From positions 434,001 through 498,000 of the forward strand of contig NEEC01000012.1 in NCBI GenBank assembly GCA_002189035.1: a stretch of 64,000 nt of DNA, given 5' to 3'. Position 1 is the first letter of the stretch. Each line of letters starts with the position of its first letter. The DNA comes from Utricularia gibba. Its lineage: Eukaryota > Plantae > Magnoliophyta. A program made the translations under genes and the position numbers. Of this stretch, positions 59,473 through 64,000 are shown one piece after another. Under the pieces are notes generated by a model that was not told the DNA's origin, ran no database searches, and was given only the letters and a program-made list of their open reading frames with translations.

Positions 59473-62400
59473 TCAGGTGAATTTTCGCCAAAGGCGGTTC
59501 TTGGAAGAGGAAAGGGACTTGACCTTGGGGAAAACGAATCCTGCCTTTGGGGGGTTTCCATCCACCAGAGAGTTTTCATAAATCTCTTTGCACTCCTGAA
59601 CAACCTGCTCCCCAGAATAGAGAAAAGGACCATGTTTTTCAAGTCTGAGTTTTTGAGAAGCAACTTGAATCATAGAAAGAGTTACCTCCTTGGCATCCTT
59701 TCGGGGTATGCCTTCTCGCAAGCCAATAATCTTTTCGACAACTTCAGGCTGCATTTGTGAAAGTAAAAGGCATAAGACGGGACAAAGAAAGTCAAGGCAG
59801 TGCCGATGGCGGTGTTCCAGAGACTTACAGGACAGTCAGGTTGGTGTTCAAGGATGTTTGTGTACACCAGTGTGAAAGAATCTGGGCTCTCTGATGAAGC
59901 GAGCTCCCTCAGGTCAGCAAGTACTCTTACCCGGTTTTCGACTTTCTACACCATCAAAGATTTTACAGGGATGAACACTGATAGGAAAAGAAGCATTTTG
60001 GCGAGGAAAAACATTTTTTTTCATAGAGAGGTGAGGCATGGGAAGATTAATTTTAGACATGGCCAAGTAGAACTGACAGAAACACTTAGATGCAGCCGGA
60101 AGAAATCCAAAATAAATTCTTCATCAAGCTTCATCCTTTCAATGGTCTCTTCCTTGATATAGCTTTTCTGTATAGCCAGGAGACGCATACTCAAGTTCAA
60201 AACTTATAAACAAACATATATCGCATAAGGTATCTAACAAGTGGTCATGATAGAACCTGCACGAGCAGATGATCGACATAGACAACAATTGTTTCTTCCA
60301 GGCATGCCTCAACGAATCGTCTGAAGGATCTTTCTTCAATGAACCTATACAAGGAATAATAGCAGAATGACGGTTCACTGAAGAAAAATAGCAGAATGAT
60401 CCAAATGGATTAAAGCACGCACATTTTGACATCTGTGAAGTAATCCTCGAAAGTCACAATGAGGGATTCAGTCACCTGCCCTTCAAACCAATCTGAAGCA
60501 TGTACAGAAAAAGAGACCAACTTGATTCATTTCGTCACTTGCGCTAGTGTATCAAGCTCAACCTCAAAAATAGTCGCATGATTACCTCTCTGATACAATT
60601 TTACAATCAACTCTTGGACCCCCGGATCTTCAAAAATGACTCTCACAGTTTGATGAACAAATTCCTAGAAGATGAGAAAAAAAACCATATCATTTTTATG
60701 AGATCCCGAAAAACTCTGGTAACCAATCTAATGAACTAACTACTGAAAAGACAGAGACCTACTAAAAAGAAAGCCACTATAACAACTACTACCTTTGCAA
60801 CCTCAAGGAAGCCCTTGCATGTATCCTCAAAATTAACCTGCAGAAAGTTTCAGGAAGCAACTCAGAAGACATAAGCCACATTAAGCCAATATGCTGGTGC
60901 TTCCAATGAAGCGAAAAGTGCACAAGCACACTCAGCAATATTTAGCATATACGATCCTAAATAATGAAAGTTTTCCCAGAAAAGAGAAGGAGATGAGAAT
61001 ATTAAAGGTAAATGCAAGCACCTGCTCGGCATAGTTCTGTGGGAGAGCTTCAAGTATGCTAGAACTTAATTCCATCGAAAGATCATAACACCTAAGATTG
61101 TTATTGATCTGTCATTAAGTAAATTCTGTTACCATAATAAAAGACCAGCCTAAAAGTGCAGGAACAGTTACAAATCGAAAATAATATATTTACTGTTGCA
61201 CATAAAACTTCTAGACCGATCTCAGAGGCAGGTTCTTCCAATTTCTGCTTTTCCTCAATTTGAAAATCACTCATTACCTGAAATAAGATGGAAACAGGAG
61301 GCTAAATAATGGGGAAAACAGTTTGACATTTGCTTCACTGGGTCCGGTTTATATGATAGATTTCATCACTTTCGATCTTTATGATAGTCATCCAACCCCA
61401 ACAAGGTTAATGCACTTCAGTTTATTTATTATTACTGACATATGAAAAAAAATCACATACCCATGGAAGTGTAACACAGAACAAAAATAAGACAAATATG
61501 TCAACATGAACAATAATAATAACCCTAATGGACAAGCCAACGTGGTAATGAGATAGATTGCAAGCTAATCTTATGAAATCACCTGAATGATAGCTAATGA
61601 AATTCTGTATAACATGACATCAGTGCTTTTTTCCCGGACAATTTGTACTTGATCTCCAAGAATGCGAAACAAATCAACAGCAATCGGGGTATACAGTTTT
61701 CCTTCTTCTGTCTTCTTTGGTGGTTTAACCTTATCATCCTTAAGTAGGTTCATGTACCAATTCTGTACAGGAAGCATGCTCTGAATAACTTGACTGAAAG
61801 TTTGAGTGAATATGAGATAAATAAACATCAAGTAATCTGCTCACACGTGTTGTTGCTTGCATTCTCTCAACATAAGTATTTACAAAGGGGTCCATTGCAC
61901 CACTCTCTGAACAAACTTGGGCTAAAGAGTCATCAACACCAAGTCCAACAAGTGTTTCTTGATACTCAACTACCCAGGCAGTTACCTAAATTTGATGCAA
62001 CATGCTAATGATTAGACGCCATTTTTTTTTTATAGAAAACTGACACTCATGAACAGAAAATTCAAGGATGAAAACACGTGAGTAAATAGGAAACCTACCT
62101 TTACATGCATAACTAACATGAAAGAGAAGATTTCTTTTCAACAACAATAGATGCGCATCCAAAAACGTACCTTTAGTATGTCGGTGTTCCTTAAATCATT
62201 AGCTCTGTCGCTTAGGAGCCTGAGCCATCGGGTAAATCTCTCCGTATACAGATTAACCAAGAATTGGAATATTTCGTATCTGGAAAGACACAGAAATGGA
62301 AAGAACAATGAGAAGAAACACAATTTCAAGTAAATCAACCAAAGGTACAATGGAGGAAGTCAAAACTAGTCTCCTATCCGAAAATAATAAAATAAAGGAA

Positions 62401-64000
62401 AGAGTAAACTAACCTAGGAGGAAAGCAAGGAGAGACATAATCGTATAAATCTCCAAGTTCTTCACCAATCTGAAATATTTTCAGAAATTATCAATACATA
62501 ACACATGGAATGTACAGGTTTAGGCTGAAACAACAAAATCCAGCGACAAAGAAAACTCATGATACAAGTTCTCAAACTTGAAAACCTTTAACTGAATGCA
62601 AGATGGAGAGCAAGTCTGTCAACCTCAAGTATGGAATAAATGATAATAAACAAGCAAGTACCTTCTTGGCCTCCTCTAAAGCACCTTCCAGATCATCAAA
62701 TACAGCCTGTAAGGAAGCATTTGCACTTGAAAGCCATATTTACTACTTACCTTAAAAACACAGAGGACCTTAAATGAAGAAGAATGAAATATGAACCTCA
62801 GAGAGCAACTGACTAAATCTTTGTTCAACAGATTTTCTTATTTGCTCATAACATCTGTCTTTGTAACCTTTTCCTTGAGCCTTCAACTTCTGCCGTGCAT
62901 TTCTAGAGGCTGCTGTAGATTTCCTGTTTCCAAATGGAATATAACAAGGGAAAACGAGTGAGAGAATGGCCTTTTAGTTCATGAAAGGAAAATAAGGAGG
63001 TGTAGAACCAGAAAACGTCACATCTACATTCTAAAACAATGAAATGAAAAATATGAATGAATCAGGGAAATAAAAAAAAAGGTGGAGCAACAGTTAACAT
63101 GGTACTTTGAAATTTTACGAGAATTTTCCATATCTCCCCTCCTTCAGCCTCAACAGCTTCTTCAGCAAGTTGATCCAGAATTTCTTGCATTTCAATAACT
63201 CTTTGATTGCAAGAATAGAGGCAATGAAAAGATAAATAAGCATATAAGTAAGCAGTTAGTAAGTATACTTCAAAAAGGGGTACCTCAATGCACGAACCAG
63301 TGTTTGTGGACTGCAAAAAAAAAAGAAACGGTTAATCAAATCCAAAAGATCGACGTACAAACTAACAGGATGGACACTATTTCAAATTCATCATGAAGTA
63401 CAACCACAGACAGCAAAAGCTTTTACAGGCACTAGAATAAGGTCACCTTTCTTTAGCATGTTTATAGAAGTTTGATATATGGCCCCATAAAGTTTTCTCA
63501 AATGTTTCCCACGTGCGATCCACATCTTCAAAATATTCCCTGTGTAAATGAGATTTTACGTTGTCAAAAAAAAAAAATTCATACATATGCAAAAAAGTTC
63601 GCATTCTCACCTGAGACGACCAACCTCTTCTTCATGAGAAGATGCAGCAGCCAGTGCAAATCTTCGTTTCCCATCCAGCGCAGTTAGCCTCTAACATTGA
63701 TTCGATGAGGAAAAAAATCAATTCTTCCTTTTTTTAACGAGCCATCACAATCCTAGAGAACAGAACTAAACCTCATATGTGTTGATGAGTTCCTTGTCAT
63801 CGCTCAAGGAATTACGGGCTGCAGCAGCCTCAACGGAGATAGACAACATGCCCTCTACATCCTACAGTCTCATAAGAAAAGAAATGACAAGCGAGCAAAA
63901 AAACATTGTGCATCGTTGCATAGATACAACTTTACAGAAATGAAACTTGATCCCGAGAAAAGAAAATGAGCACCATTGATCTCACCTTCAGAGTAGTGTT
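59473..64000 (-). CDS. SEC6: Exocyst complex component SEC6, 5'-truncated by window edge; apparent 1-nt frameshift near 63137
   Basis: Exons traced from NTTLK|[30 protein letters not shown] through [39 protein letters not shown] to [28 protein letters not shown]. Confidence 0.95.

Overview
Plant (eudicot) nuclear DNA: compact, short-intron genes separated by very AT-rich, transposon-littered spacers. Genes read from the sequence are DRP2 dynamin (+), RPL6 (-), a small membrane protein (+), TMN1 (+), a HIG1-domain protein (+), GH3 beta-xylosidase (-), a Sen1/Upf1-like helicase (+), a GPI-type nsLTP (+), cytosolic ACC1 (+), ISTL1 (+), a PROPEP-like elicitor-peptide precursor (+), an ARM/TPR protein (+) and the 3' part of SEC6 (-). 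There are also MIC10 and BSD-domain pseudogene remnants and hAT-like, Tourist-like, PIF/Harbinger, Copia, Helitron and MULE-derived pieces. The standout is two tandem ~210-nt copies of a three-hairpin box H/ACA RNA in RPL6 intron 2, carrying motifs that look like plant-adapted m1/m2 elements of snR30/U17, the snoRNA needed for 18S rRNA processing. Three otherwise intact conserved genes (RPL6, ARM/TPR, SEC6) each show an apparent 1-nt deletion, most simply assembly errors. All homology calls come from recalled family knowledge; no database search was run.
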